Under the pieces are notes generated by a model. That model did not search any database, was not told where the DNA came from, and saw nothing but the letters and a program-made list of their open reading frames with translations. This document shows, in pieces, positions 1-11,300 of a stretch of 64,000 nucleotides of DNA. The translations under genes were made by a program, and so were the position numbers. Position 1 is the first letter of the stretch; each line of letters opens with the position of its first letter. The DNA comes from an uncultured Alphaproteobacteria bacterium (GTDB lineage: Bacteria > Pseudomonadota > Alphaproteobacteria > Rs-D84). The stretch covers positions 2,770-66,769 of the forward strand of contig CAMOTP010000001.1 of NCBI GenBank assembly GCA_946625925.1, read 5' to 3'.

Positions 1-172
1 AGGTTGTTCAAAGAAGAAAATTAAGCGCATTATGGTGTTTAATATTTTCTGAATTATGTTTTATGTATTGTTTTAAAAAATATATAAAATCGTTAAATTT
101 CGTGTTGCAGAAAATATTTTTTTTGTGGTAAGCTGTAAACGTATAGGAAAAAGGGAAGAGAAAGGGTGTTTC

Positions 173-1624
173 ATGCTTAAAAAAATCCTGATTTGTGCGG
201 TTCTGGCGACCGTTTCGGTTAATTGTTTTGCTGGGAATAAGCAAAAAAAAGAAGAACCTGTTGTTCATTTAACGGATGAACAGATTTATTCGGAATTGCA
301 GAAATTGGCATTGGTGTTTGAAACCGCACGTGATAATTTTGTCGAAGAAGCAGATGAAAAAAAGATGTTGGAGGCCGCAATGAATGGTATGTTGGCGGAA
401 CTGGATCCACATTCTTCGTATTTGAATGCTGATGATTTTAAAGATTTTAATGATAAAACCCAGGGTGAATTCGGTGGGTTGGGAATTCAGATAACTTCGG
501 ATAGGGGTGCGATTCGTGTTATATCGCCAATTGATGATACACCTGCGTACAAGGCTGGAATCAAGGCGGGTGATTATATTACCAAAATTGATGATGAACA
601 AGTTTTTGATATGACCTTGAATCAGGCTGTTAAAAAAATGAAGGGCAGACCAGGAACCAAGGTTAAATTGACAATTATTGGTGATGATAATGAACCCAAA
701 ACGTTGACATTGAAACGCGATATTATCAAGGTTAAATCTGTCAAGTTTAGAGAGTTGCGTTTGGCTGATTCTGATGAAGATTCTCCGAAAATTGGTTATG
801 TCAGAATTTCTGAATTTGGTGCGACAACAGTCAAAGAATTAACAGATGCTATTAAGAGTTTGGAAAAAGCCAAAGTTGTTGGTTATTTGTTGGATGTTCG
901 TAATAATCCTGGGGGATATTTGACTGCGGCTATTGGTGTGTCTGATGCGTTTTTGGATGATGGTGAAATTGTGTCTACGCGCGGTAAAGAAAAGACCGAT
1001 ATAGACCGTAATTTTGCAACCAAGGGTGATTTGACAAATGGTAAGCCAATTGTTGTTTTGATAAATCATGGGTCTGCGTCCGCATCAGAAATTGTTGCTG
1101 GGGCATTGCAGGATAATGGTCGTGCATTGGTAATGGGCAGCCAGAGTTTTGGTAAGGGCAGTGTTCAACAACAAAAACCGTTGGGTGATGGAACGGCAAT
1201 TCATATTACAATTGCGCGTTATTATACCCCCAGTGGACGTTCAATTCAAAATGAGGGTATAACCCCAGATGTTGAGGTGTTGCAATCAAAAGTAAAAGTT
1301 TTAGAAAAACGGGATAGTGATTATTCCGAGGCTTCTTTCAAAAATTCTTTGAAAAATGACGAGGCTAAAAAGTCAAAAAAATCAAAATCCAATTCTAAAT
1401 CAAAAAATGATGATGACGATGACGAGGATGATGTCGATGAAAAAGATTTGACCGAAGAAGAAAAAGATGCACGCGATTATCAGTTGCAACGTGGATTGAG
1501 TATGGTTATCGCGATGACAAAAATGCAAATGACGGTTGATGATAGACGTGCGGTGGTGGATGCCGAAAATGCTGAAAAGGAAAAAGCCAAAGAATCGTCT
1601 AAAAATAAAGATAGTAAAAAATAA
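173..1624 (+). CDS. ctpA: carboxy-terminal processing protease (S41, CtpA/Prc-like) with signal peptide and K/D-rich low-complexity C-terminal tail
   Basis: ORF 125..1624; ATG at 173 after AGGGTG; signal peptide MLKKILICAVLATVSVNCFA; PDZ and S41 motifs (GLGIQI, NPGGYL, GSASASEIVAGAL). Confidence 0.85.
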   Translation: MLKKILICAVLATVSVNCFAGNKQKKEEPVVHLTDEQIYSELQKLALVFETARDNFVEEADEKKMLEAAMNGMLAELDPHSSYLNADDFKDFNDKTQGEFGGLGIQITSDRGAIRVISPIDDTPAYKAGIKAGDYITKIDDEQVFDMTLNQAVKKMKGRPGTKVKLTIIGDDNEPKTLTLKRDIIKVKSVKFRELRLADSDEDSPKIGYVRISEFGATTVKELTDAIKSLEKAKVVGYLLDVRNNPGGYLTAAIGVSDAFLDDGEIVSTRGKEKTDIDRNFATKGDLTNGKPIVVLINHGSASASEIVAGALQDNGRALVMGSQSFGKGSVQQQKPLGDGTAIHITIARYYTPSGRSIQNEGITPDVEVLQSKVKVLEKRDSDYSEASFKNSLKNDEAKKSKKSKSNSKSKNDDDDDEDDVDEKDLTEEEKDARDYQLQRGLSMVIAMTKMQMTVDDRRAVVDAENAEKEKAKESSKNKDSKK

Positions 1625-1681
1625 AAAATGGGCAAAAGCTGGGTTGATTTTTTGTTTTTATTTATATATAATATGTCGTAC

Positions 1682-1758
1682 GCGCCCATGGCTCAATTGG
1701 ATAGAGCAACAGATTTCTAATCTGTGGGTTGCAGGTTCGAGTCCTGCTGGGCGCGCCA
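1682..1758 (+). tRNA. tRNA-Arg (anticodon TCT)
   Basis: Cloverleaf read by hand: acceptor GCGCCCA/TGGGCGC, anticodon loop TTTCTAA, T-arm GCAGGTTCGAGTCCTGC, 3' GCCA. Confidence 0.85.
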
Positions 1759-1775
1759 GAAATTTCCCTGTTTTA

Positions 1776-2924
1776 TTATATATCTAATGCAGAGGCTGAT
1801 GCCCATGCCCATTGCAGATTATATCCGCCTAAATCACCTGCGATGTCTAGAACCTCGCCAATAAAATACAGGCCATTGCACAATTTGGATTCCATTGTTT
1901 TGGATGATATTTCGGATGTGTCTACACCACCACGGGTTACTTCGGCTGATTGAAAATTGTGTAACGAAAACGTTCCTTGTGCGATGTTAATTCGGTTTAT
2001 GTTTGTTGCGATTTCTTGTAATTCTGTATCACGATAATCTGCAATATTTTTTGTTTTTTGATTTGATATGAATTCGGCAATTCGTTCGGGTAATTTTGTT
2101 GATAATACGGTTTTTAACAGTTTTTTACCGTTCGTTTGTTTTTGTGATTTTAACCATTGAAATGCATCCAAACCAGGCAACAGATTTATAGTAAATCCAT
2201 TTTCAAGGTTGCGAACTGACGTTCGATAAATGGCCGGTCCACCAATACCAAAATGAGTAAATAACATGTCGTCATATATGGTTTCTTTGTTTATTTTTAT
2301 TTCAACCGCCAGTGATATGCCAGATAATGCAGAATCAAAAACTTTGGTCGCAATACCGCATAATGCAGGGCGGGGCGGAATAATTTTATGACCAAAACTT
2401 TTTGCAATTTTATACCCAATATCAGATGTTCCCATATTGGCATACGATATGCCACCTGTTGCAATGATTAATTTTTTTGCTTGAAAATTGCCGGTATCAG
2501 TTTTTATTAAAAATAAATCGTTTTGTTTGGTCGTTTCTTGGACACAAGTGCTTAATACGATTTCTGTATTGTCGATATCTTGTAATAATGCGTTTGTTAT
2601 ATCAGATGATTTTTCTGCAAAATATTGCCCAGGCGTTTTTTCAAAAAATTTGATATTATGTGATTTTGCCCAATTTAATGTATTGTTTGGTGTCATACGT
2701 GTCAAAGCACTGCGTGTGAATTCAGGATTTTTTCCAAAGTAATGCCTATAATCTGCGTGGGTATTTGTAAAGTTGCATTTTCCACCGCCAGATATGGCGA
2801 CTTTGCGTGCGGGGATGTTGCCCATATCAATAATGCAGATGTTTTTGCATTTTTTACAAAGTCTGCCTGCTGCAAATAACCCGGACGCGCCAGCACCAAT
2901 GATGATAATGTCGTATGTTTTCAT
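1776..2924 (-). CDS. FAD-dependent flavoprotein, HI0933/BaiN-like family
   Basis: N-terminal Rossmann motif MKTYDIIIIGAGASGLFAAGRL; 382 aa; family-typical length. Confidence 0.7.
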   Translation of the reverse strand: MKTYDIIIIGAGASGLFAAGRLCKKCKNICIIDMGNIPARKVAISGGGKCNFTNTHADYRHYFGKNPEFTRSALTRMTPNNTLNWAKSHNIKFFEKTPGQYFAEKSSDITNALLQDIDNTEIVLSTCVQETTKQNDLFLIKTDTGNFQAKKLIIATGGISYANMGTSDIGYKIAKSFGHKIIPPRPALCGIATKVFDSALSGISLAVEIKINKETIYDDMLFTHFGIGGPAIYRTSVRNLENGFTINLLPGLDAFQWLKSQKQTNGKKLLKTVLSTKLPERIAEFISNQKTKNIADYRDTELQEIATNINRINIAQGTFSLHNFQSAEVTRGGVDTSEISSKTMESKLCNGLYFIGEVLDIAGDLGGYNLQWAWASASALDI

Positions 2925-2998
2925 ATTATCATATGTTATATTAACAAAATAAAAATGGAAATAAAAAAACGCACAATTTATGTGCGAATTTTTACAAG

Positions 2999-3075
2999 TG
3001 GTGGGTTAGGTAGGACTCGAACCCACGACCAAAGCGTTATGAGCGCTCCGCTCTAACCAACTGAGCTACTAACCC
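2999..3075 (-). tRNA. tRNA with CAT anticodon (elongator Met or lysidine Ile2)
   Basis: Reverse complement folds as GGGTTAG..CTCATAA..GGTTCGAGTCC..CTAACCC-A-CCA; anticodon loop CTCATAA. Confidence 0.8.
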
Positions 3076-3149
3076 ACGAGGCAGATTATTACACCTTTTT
3101 TTGCAAGACGCAAGTCAAAAAAATTAAAATACTTTATTTTTTTATATCT

Positions 3150-4439
3150 TTGTGTCAGTATGGCCGTATGGCTGAATTGGTTCAGATTTTAAGCGATGTG
3201 CAAAAGCAAGCGTTCAATACAATTGAACGAACAAATGGTAATTTGTTGATTTTGGGCCAGGCGGGAACAGGAAAATCGACTTTTGTTAATTATTTGAAAT
3301 CTGCGTCGGTTAAACGGATTGTTTGTGCTTGTCCAACAGCGGTTTCGGCATTGAATATAGGTGGTCAAACTATACATAGTTTGTTCCAAATTCAACCACG
3401 TGATTTTATTATGCCTGAATTTTTGAAATTAAAGGCTAAAACCAGAAATATTTTGTTGGCCACAGATGTTTTAATCATAGATGAAATTTCTATGGTTGCG
3501 CCAGATTTGCTGGATGCTGTGGATTTGTTGGCGCGTCAGGCACGAAGAAATAATGAACCATTTGGTGGAATCCAAGTTGTGGCGATTGGTGATTTGTTTC
3601 AATTACCCCCAGTGATAACTGATGACGCAAAACAATATTATTTGCAAGAATATGGTTTTCAAAATGCTTATTTTTTTGATAGTCATGTTTACAAACGGGC
3701 AAATTTTATGCGCTTTTCTTTTGATAAGGTTTATCGACAAAATGATGGTGCGTTATTGGAAAACCTGGTTCAGTTGCGTAATGGTAATATGCAGGCATTG
3801 GAATTTTTTAATCAGTGTAAAATAGAAGATGCCGAACAACGTAATAATGCGGTTTTGATTACACCTTATCGTGCAATGGCAGAAAATATAAATGCATCGC
3901 GATTACGGGCAATATCTGCACCCGAAGTAGTGTTTGTTGGTGAATTGTCTGGCAATTTTTCAGAAAAAGATGTGCCCGCACCAATGAGGTTGACCCTGAA
4001 AGTGGGTGCGTTGGTTGTGTTTGTGAAAAATAGTGATAAGTGGCATAATGGTTCAATGGGGCGCATTGTGGAAATTGGCGCACGTGGGATAAAAGTCGAA
4101 TTATTAAATGCAGCACATACGGTTGTAAATGTTAAACCAGAAAAATGGGAAAAAATAGAATATATTCGTGATGAAAACGACAGATTGATGGAACATGAAA
4201 TTGGATCTTATAAACAATTTCCTTTGAATTTGGGGTATGCAATGACTATTCACAAGGCCCAAGGAAAAACATTGGATGCGGTGGTTGTTGATATTTCGCG
4301 TGGGGCATTTGCACATGGGCAAACTTATGTTGCATTATCGCGAACCCGTGCGGCCTGTGATATGCATATTGCAGCATTGCTGAGACCAAGTGATGTGATT
4401 TTTGATAATCGTGTTTTAGAATTTATGAAAGCTGAATGA
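3150..4439 (+). CDS. SF1 DNA helicase, RecD/Pif1-like (AAA_30 + UvrD_C-like)
   Basis: Walker A GQAGTGKST, DEISMV Walker B, C-terminal TIHKAQGKT and ALSRTR motifs; 429 aa. Confidence 0.7.
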   Translation: MCQYGRMAELVQILSDVQKQAFNTIERTNGNLLILGQAGTGKSTFVNYLKSASVKRIVCACPTAVSALNIGGQTIHSLFQIQPRDFIMPEFLKLKAKTRNILLATDVLIIDEISMVAPDLLDAVDLLARQARRNNEPFGGIQVVAIGDLFQLPPVITDDAKQYYLQEYGFQNAYFFDSHVYKRANFMRFSFDKVYRQNDGALLENLVQLRNGNMQALEFFNQCKIEDAEQRNNAVLITPYRAMAENINASRLRAISAPEVVFVGELSGNFSEKDVPAPMRLTLKVGALVVFVKNSDKWHNGSMGRIVEIGARGIKVELLNAAHTVVNVKPEKWEKIEYIRDENDRLMEHEIGSYKQFPLNLGYAMTIHKAQGKTLDAVVVDISRGAFAHGQTYVALSRTRAACDMHIAALLRPSDVIFDNRVLEFMKAE

Positions 4440-4441
4440 TT

Positions 4442-5516
4442 TTATTCGCATTGTTGCAGATATGATAACATAAAATCATCTAAATCACCATCCAATACAG
4501 CATTTGAATCTGTTTTTTCAACATTTGTTCGGACGTCTTTGACCAGTTGATATGGATATAAAACATAATTTCTGATTTGACTGCCCCATTCAATTTTTTT
4601 CTGGGCGGCCTTGGCAGCGTTTTCTTCGGCTTCGCGTTTTTTTAATTCCAGTTCGTACAGGCGGCTACGTAAAATTTTCATAGCCATATCTTTGTTTTGA
4701 AATTGGCTGCGTTCATTTTGGCATGTGACCACAGTGTTTGTTGGAATGTGTGTTATGCGAACGGCACTGTCGGTTTTGTTAACATGTTGTCCGCCAGCAC
4801 CCGATGAACGATATGTATCGATGCGTAAGTCTTTTTCATTTATTTCTATTTCAATGGAATCATCAACATCGGGCCATACATCAACAGAAGCAAAACTGGT
4901 TTGTCTTTTGCCGTTTGCATTAAAAGGTGAAATTCTGACCAATCTGTGAACACCAATTTCTGATTTCAGCCAACCATATGCTTTGTCACCATCTATTTTG
5001 AAAGTGATACTTTTTATACCAGCAACATCACCTGGGTGCTCGTCTATAACCTCGCACGAATAATTATGACGTTCTGCCCAACGGGTGTACATACGTGCCA
5101 ACATTTGTGCCCAATCTTGGGCTTCGGTTCCACCGGCACCGGCCTGGATAAATAAAAATGCGTTATTGGTGTCGTTTGCCCCATGAAACAATGTGATAAA
5201 TTTTGCCTGTTTTGCGCGTGTTGCCAAAGTGTCAATTGCACTGACTATGTCAGGGTCATCTGGGGCCAATTGATATAAATCTATTAAATTTTGATAGTCT
5301 GATTCCAGGGATTTAAAATCAGATAATGTTTTTTCTAGGTTTGATTTCTTTTGTAATAATTTTTTTGCGGCATCTGGATCGTCCCATAATTTTTCGTCAC
5401 CAACTTGTTCGTCCAGATTTGCTATTTCTGATGCCATTTTTTCAGGGTCAAAGAAACCCCCTTACGGCAGAAATGTCGTTTTCAATTTCGGACAAGATTT
5501 CGTTTTGTATTAACAT
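4442..5516 (-). CDS. prfB: peptide chain release factor 2, expressed via programmed +1 frameshift
   Basis: 331-aa ORF with FIQAGAGGTEAQDW, SGAGGQHVN (GGQ) and RF2 domain order; 22-codon upstream ORF0 (ATG at 5516) ends AGG GGG TTT CTT TGA C, the canonical RF2 shift site; a +1 shift joins it to the main ORF. Confidence 0.85.
5447..5462 (-). promoter_or_regulatory. RF2 +1 frameshift cassette (SD-like AGGGGG, CUU UGA C)
   Basis: Minus-strand mRNA reads ...GUA AGG GGG UUU CUU UGA CCC; matches E. coli prfB recoding site. Confidence 0.8.
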
Positions 5517-5610
5517 GTTTTTTATATTAGCAATTTGGTTTTACAAATCAATAAATAATTGCATTATGTCGATAAATATGATAAAATTTTTCTTAAGAGA
5601 GAGGCTGTTT

Positions 5611-6861
5611 ATGAAAAACATCATTGCTTTTTGTGGCTTGTTGAGTGTTGTATTGTGCGGTGGCAGTGCGTATGCGGTGTCTGCGGGTGCTGTGTCTGGG
5701 AGTGAGGCAAACCGTGGCGGTATGTTGATTTCTAATCCGTCAACAACAGGCAATCGTGGTATGCAGGGTTTTGCTGATTCTTATAGACAAAATCAAGTTG
5801 CTAATTATTATATGAATACCCAGTTGGATGTTGGAACTGCATGCAGTGAACGTATTATGAAGTGCCTGACGGAATATTGTGATGGTACAACAGTTACGGC
5901 AGGAATAATTCAAGGACGTTGTGCATATACTACGGAAACAGAGTTATATAATTATGCTTTGTTGTGTTTACAGAAAGATAATTCCCAATTATTGCCACAG
6001 TATAATGTGAATACGAAAAGTAGTGCAGGTGCGATGAATACTGCTGCGCGTTTGTGTCCACCTTATGTTCAACAAAATTTGATGTCTTTCCTGTCTATGT
6101 CGAATATGGCAACACAGTTATCTAAATCCCATTCTGATTTGTGTATAAAAAGACGTCAAGAATTAGAGGCGGCTATGGCGTGTCATTCTGTTGCGTTGGC
6201 GTATGGAAATGATACGACCAGTAAATTAACCAGCCAATTAACAGATTATTGCGGTTCTGGTGTGCCAGGTGGATCCGCAGAAATGGTGACACGTTTTGTT
6301 AATGCTGGTAATGTTGGTGCAAATGTTTGGGGGTGGGCAGAAAAAGTTGTTGGTTTGGATGTTAATTCCAAGGGTGCTGATTGGCAATCTGCAATGGATA
6401 ATGTTTTGGCAGGTTATGCTAATCGTATGAATTTGGCTTGTGGTGATAATTTACAAATAAACCCCAGTTCTGCAACCGTTTCTACAACAGGAACAGCAGG
6501 ATTGTTGGTTGCTGCTTCTTTGTTGACAGATGCTAAATTCCCTGATGCTGTGAATGTGGCTAATAATGCAATACAGCCCAGCGGTTATTCAAGTTTTTGG
6601 ATGGAAGTTTTGTCTAATGCAGATTTGTTAAATCAAGAAACGGCAAAGCAGGTTGTTTTTGCAGGTTTGGGTAATTCACCGTTGACAACAAATGCTTTCT
6701 TGACCAGTGCACAAATGTCACAAATGCAAGAGGCTTATAAGAAGGGCACCAAGGTGTTTATTATAAAGGATGCTACGCGTTGTTTTGTGATTCCGGTTCA
6801 GACCTTGACTGATGCGGAAACAACAATGGTTGCAACGCAATTTTCTCATTGCAGAAAATAA
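5611..6861 (+). CDS. secreted hypothetical protein (Cys-containing, no recognised domain)
   Basis: Internal ATG with signal peptide MKNIIAFCGLLSVVLCGGSAYA; the upstream part of ORF 5326..6861 overlaps prfB and is rejected. Confidence 0.5.
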   Translation: MKNIIAFCGLLSVVLCGGSAYAVSAGAVSGSEANRGGMLISNPSTTGNRGMQGFADSYRQNQVANYYMNTQLDVGTACSERIMKCLTEYCDGTTVTAGIIQGRCAYTTETELYNYALLCLQKDNSQLLPQYNVNTKSSAGAMNTAARLCPPYVQQNLMSFLSMSNMATQLSKSHSDLCIKRRQELEAAMACHSVALAYGNDTTSKLTSQLTDYCGSGVPGGSAEMVTRFVNAGNVGANVWGWAEKVVGLDVNSKGADWQSAMDNVLAGYANRMNLACGDNLQINPSSATVSTTGTAGLLVAASLLTDAKFPDAVNVANNAIQPSGYSSFWMEVLSNADLLNQETAKQVVFAGLGNSPLTTNAFLTSAQMSQMQEAYKKGTKVFIIKDATRCFVIPVQTLTDAETTMVATQFSHCRK

Positions 6862-6876
6862 ATAATAGCTTATTTT

Positions 6877-6905
6877 GCACCGTCCAATATGGACGGTGTT
6901 TTTTT
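6877..6905 (+). terminator. rho-independent terminator
   Basis: Hairpin CACCGTCCAATATGGACGGTG followed by T8. Confidence 0.7.
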
Positions 6906-6935
6906 ATGTGTGTGCTTGTTTTTTTATGTGAATTT

Positions 6936-6944
6936 TGGTATAAT
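6936..6944 (+). promoter_or_regulatory. extended -10 element (TGgTATAAT) upstream of amiC
   Basis: TGGTATAAT 10 nt upstream of ATG 6954; the same TGnTATAAT form recurs at 18184 and 37753. Confidence 0.35.
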
Positions 6945-6953
6945 GTATTTGTT

Positions 6954-8102
6954 ATGAAATTATCTAGGCGTGATGTTTTAAAGATATCAGGTGTTGGATT
7001 TGTGGCGATGTCTATGTTGCCACGCGTGGCTTTCGCGTCACGAAATTCTGTTTTGTCGTTGCGTACAGGTGTTCAACCAAATGGAAAAACGCGTTTGGTT
7101 ATTGAAACATCTGGACGACCATCATATGATATTTCGTATCCACAAAATCAATTAGTTATTTCTTTGGCTAATACATCTGTTGGTGGTGTCAGTCCAAAAT
7201 TATCTGGGGATACGTTGATAAAAAATTTGACCCAGGTGCAAAATGGGGACAAGTTAAATATTGTTGCTGATTTGCGTCGTAGTATTGCACCAATTGATAA
7301 ATCCCAGGTTATGATTTTGTCGCCCAATGGTGATAATGAATATCGTTTGGTTTTTGATTTCGTTGCGGGTGCATCAAATACTGTATCAAATGGAACAACT
7401 GCGTCGGTGGCAAATCAGCCAGCAAAAAAATATGTTATTGTGATTGATGCAGGACATGGTGGCAAGGACCCTGGATGTATTGGTAAGGGTGGAACACGCG
7501 AAAAAGTGGTTGTGTTATCTGTTGCCAAGAAATTAAAAAAGGAATTGGATGCGATTGGTTTTAAAACGTATTTGACACGCAGTGGCGATACGTTTTTAAA
7601 GTTGGCAGAAAGGGCGGAAATTGCAGAAAAACGTCATGCAGATTTATTCTTGTCTTTGCATGCTAATGCAAACCCCAGTCGTTCTACGAAAGGCTATTCT
7701 GTGTATACTTTGTCAGAAAAAGCCTCTGACGAAGAAGCACAAAAATTGGCGGAAACAGAAAATGCGGTTGATAAAATCGGTGTTTCTGGTTTTTCTGAAT
7801 TTTCTAAAGAAATTCGTGTTGCATTATCTGCTTTGCAACAACGTGCTGTGGCCGAGTTGTCAGAAGAGTATGCGGCTGATTGTGCACGGGCAATGGATAA
7901 TGCATCAATAGATAGGTTGCCGGGGCCCAGTATTCGTCATGCACCATTTGCGGTGTTGCGTTCTACGGTACCAGGTGCCTTGATAGAGTTGGGACATTTG
8001 TCTAATGCAGCAGAAGAAAAGTTGCTGAAATCTGATACGCATCAGAATAAATTAGTTAGGGCTATTGTAAAATCTGTAAAAAATTACAATTTTGATGTTT
8101 AG
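6954..8102 (+). CDS. amiC: N-acetylmuramoyl-L-alanine amidase with Tat signal and AMIN domain (AmiC-like)
   Basis: Tat motif MKLSRRDVLKISG; C-terminal Amidase_3 motifs (VIVIDAGHGGKDPG, LFLSLHANA). Confidence 0.8.
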   Translation: MKLSRRDVLKISGVGFVAMSMLPRVAFASRNSVLSLRTGVQPNGKTRLVIETSGRPSYDISYPQNQLVISLANTSVGGVSPKLSGDTLIKNLTQVQNGDKLNIVADLRRSIAPIDKSQVMILSPNGDNEYRLVFDFVAGASNTVSNGTTASVANQPAKKYVIVIDAGHGGKDPGCIGKGGTREKVVVLSVAKKLKKELDAIGFKTYLTRSGDTFLKLAERAEIAEKRHADLFLSLHANANPSRSTKGYSVYTLSEKASDEEAQKLAETENAVDKIGVSGFSEFSKEIRVALSALQQRAVAELSEEYAADCARAMDNASIDRLPGPSIRHAPFAVLRSTVPGALIELGHLSNAAEEKLLKSDTHQNKLVRAIVKSVKNYNFDV

Positions 8103-8144
8103 TTGTTGAAAAATAAAAGAAAGTATATATAATTCCGCCTATAC

Positions 8145-8235
8145 GGAGATGTGGCAGAGCTGGTTGAATGCGCGCGACTCGAAATCGCGTATACGGGCGA
8201 CCGTATCGGGGGTTCGAACCCCTCCATCTCCGCCA
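8145..8235 (+). tRNA. tRNA-Ser (anticodon CGA)
   Basis: Acceptor GGAGATG/CATCTCC-G-CCA, anticodon loop CTCGAAA, long variable arm, T-loop GGGGGTTCGAACCCCTC. Confidence 0.85.
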
Positions 8236-8352
8236 GAGTTAAAATTATAAAAATGCACGCACAGTCGTGTTTTTTTATTGGTTTTTGGCTTGCTTTGGTG
8301 GGTAAAAAAATTTAAGATGTGTCTTGGTAAGTATCAAGGTTAGGGGAATATT

Positions 8353-11300
8353 ATGGCTAATTTAATTGTTGATGGTAATTGGGCTGCGGCAGATGTCGCG
8401 TATCGTTGTGTGGATTTTGCTGCAATTTATCCTATTACACCCAGTAGCACAATGGGCGAATTGGCGGATGCTTGGTCTTTTCAGCATAAAAAGAATATTT
8501 GGGGTGCGATTCCACAAATTATAGAAATGGAATCCGAAGGCGGTGCCGCTGGGGCAATGCATGGTGCATTGCAGATGGGAACATTGGCAACAACATTTAC
8601 CGCTTCCCAGGGGTTATTATTGATGATTCCAAACATGTATAAAATTGCAGGTGAACAAACGCCCTTTGTTATGCATGTTGCAGCACGTGCGTTGGCAACA
8701 CATGCGTTGTCTATATTTGGTGATCACAGTGATGTTATGTCTGTGCGTTCAACAGGTTTCGCAATGCTGTCCAGTCATAATGTTCAACAAGCACATGATT
8801 TGGCTGCGGTTGCGCATGCCGCGACATTGCGTGCACGTGTCCCATTTTTGCATTTTTTTGATGGGTTCCGTACCAGTCACGAAGAATCCAGATTATCAAG
8901 AATTGAAGATGATGTGTTGCGTAAGTTGATTCCTGATAATTTGGTGCTGGAAAATCGTGCGCGTGGTATGTCTCCTGAACATCCTACTATTCGTGGAACT
9001 GCGCAAAATCCCGATGTGTATTTCCAAGGACGTGAAGCAGTGAATCCTTTGTATCAAAATTTACCTGAAATTGTACAAAAGTGTATGGACGAATTGGCAG
9101 ATGCCACAGGTCGTTCGTATCATTTGGTTGATTATGTAGGTGATAAAAATGCAAAATTTGTTGTTGTTGCTATGGGCAGTGCATGTGAAACAATTGAAGA
9201 AACTTTGCCGTATTTACCAAAAAAATGTGGCTTGTTAAAAATTCATTTATTCCGTCCGTTCCCAACAGATGCGTTTTTATCAGTGTTGCCAAAAACGGTT
9301 AAACAAATTGCTGTTTTGGACAGAACAAAAGAACCGGGGGCAATCGGTGAACCGTTGTATCAAGATGTGGCCAGTATCGTGGACAAGGGTGTTTCTGTGT
9401 TTGGTGGACGTTATGGTTTGGGCAGTAAAGAATTTGCACCACGTGATGTCAAGGCTATTTATGAAAATATGATTATGGGAACATTGCATCATAATTTTAC
9501 TGTTGGTATTGAAGATGATTTGACGGGATTATCATTAAAAACAGATGCGATGTTTGCTATTGAAAATAAAGATGTTAAAACAGCATTGTTGTATGGAATC
9601 GGATCGGATGGAACAGTTGGTGCCGTTAAAAATATAGTAAAAATTGTGGGTGAAAATTCAGATTTGTATCCACAATCATATGCCGTTTATGATTCTAAGA
9701 AATCTGGTGGGTTGACGGCTTCACATATTCGTTTTTCAAATGCACCAATTAAAAGTCAATATTTGGTTGAAACGGCTGATTTTATTGGTGTGTCTAATTT
9801 TATGATTGCACAGCGGTTTGATGTTTTTCGTGCTTTGCGTGCTGGTGGAATTGTGATGATAAATACATCCAAAACCCCAGATGTTGCATTTGCAAATTTA
9901 CCACGTGAATCCCAAGAACAGTTGATGCGTTTGCGTGCACGTGTGTATTTCTTGGATGCAAATGCGGCAGCAGCAGAATTGGGGTTGGGAAATCGTATAA
10001 ACACATTCATTATGATTAATTTCTTTAATTTAATGAAAATTGTTGATCCTAAAATTGCGGCTGATGCAGCAAAAGATGCTATTGAAAAAACATATAAAAA
10101 GAAAGGTATGGATGTTGTTCAGGCTAATTGGGCAGCTGTGGATATGGCGTCTAAATATTTAACAGAATATAAATTGCCTTCCTCGGTTTCAAATTTTGCA
10201 CCTGACTTTATTCCTGCTATGACGGCTGATGCACCTGCCGAGATTGCAGGAACATTGGGCGAAATGGCATCTGGACGTGGTGATGATATTCCTGTGTCGC
10301 GTTTTCGTACAGGGGGATTGTTTGCCGCAGGACAGTATCCGGTTGGAACGTCTAAATATGAAAAACGTGGTATTTCGGAACGTGTTGCCAGTTGCGATTT
10401 ATCATTATGCGCACAATGTGGTAAATGTTCTATGTTGTGTCCACATGCGGCTATTCGTATCAAGGTTATGACAGAGAAAGAGGCCGAGGCAGCACGTGCA
10501 GATGGTGTTATTGTGGTACCTATGAAAACACCTGAATTGGGTGCCAATATGTATTATACATTAAATATTTCACCAGCAGATTGTACAGGGTGTTCTGTGT
10601 GTGTGAAAAATTGTCCTGTTCATGCGTTATCTATGGTTAATGCGGCCGATGATGTGGATGCACAAAAACGTTTTGATGCTGCACAGAAAATACCGGATAT
10701 TGCACGTGAAAAATTGAATTTGAATATACCAAAACATATTGAATTGTTACCGCATTATTTTGAATTTCCTGGTGCATGTGCGGGTTGCGGTGAAACACCA
10801 TATATAAAATTGTTGGCACATTTATTCGGGGATAGAATGATTGTTGCTAATGCGACGGGTTGTTCATCGATTTATGGTGCTAATTTACCGACAACGCCTT
10901 GGACAACAGATGCAGATGGTCGTGGACCAGCGTGGTCGAATTCTTTGTTCGAAGATAATGCAGAATATGGATTGGGAATGCGAATTGCTTTGAATCAAAG
11001 ACGCGATAATTTGTATAGTTTGTTGCGCGAGTTAGAAATTCCTGATGTTGATGAAATATTTGCAGAACAAGATATAACTAAACAACGGGAAAATGAAAAG
11101 AATTTACGCGAATATTTGGCAAAGAATAATAGTGATAGGGCACGATTAGCGGAAAGTTTGCTGGATGCTGTTGTTGATAAATCTTTGTGGATTGTTGGTG
11201 GTGATGGTTGGGCATATGATATCGGTTATGGTGGTTTGGATCATATTTTACATAGTGGTGAAAATGTAAATATATTGATTTTAGATACCGAAGGTTATTC

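Noticed and set aside
5326-5610. N-terminal 95 aa of ORF 5326..6861
   Set aside because: It overlaps prfB including its frameshift cassette on the opposite strand. A signal-peptide start exists at 5611, so it is a shadow extension.
7621-7911. ORF 7621..7911 (96 aa) inside amiC in another frame
   Set aside because: It is fully embedded in the amidase catalytic-domain coding region with no independent signals.
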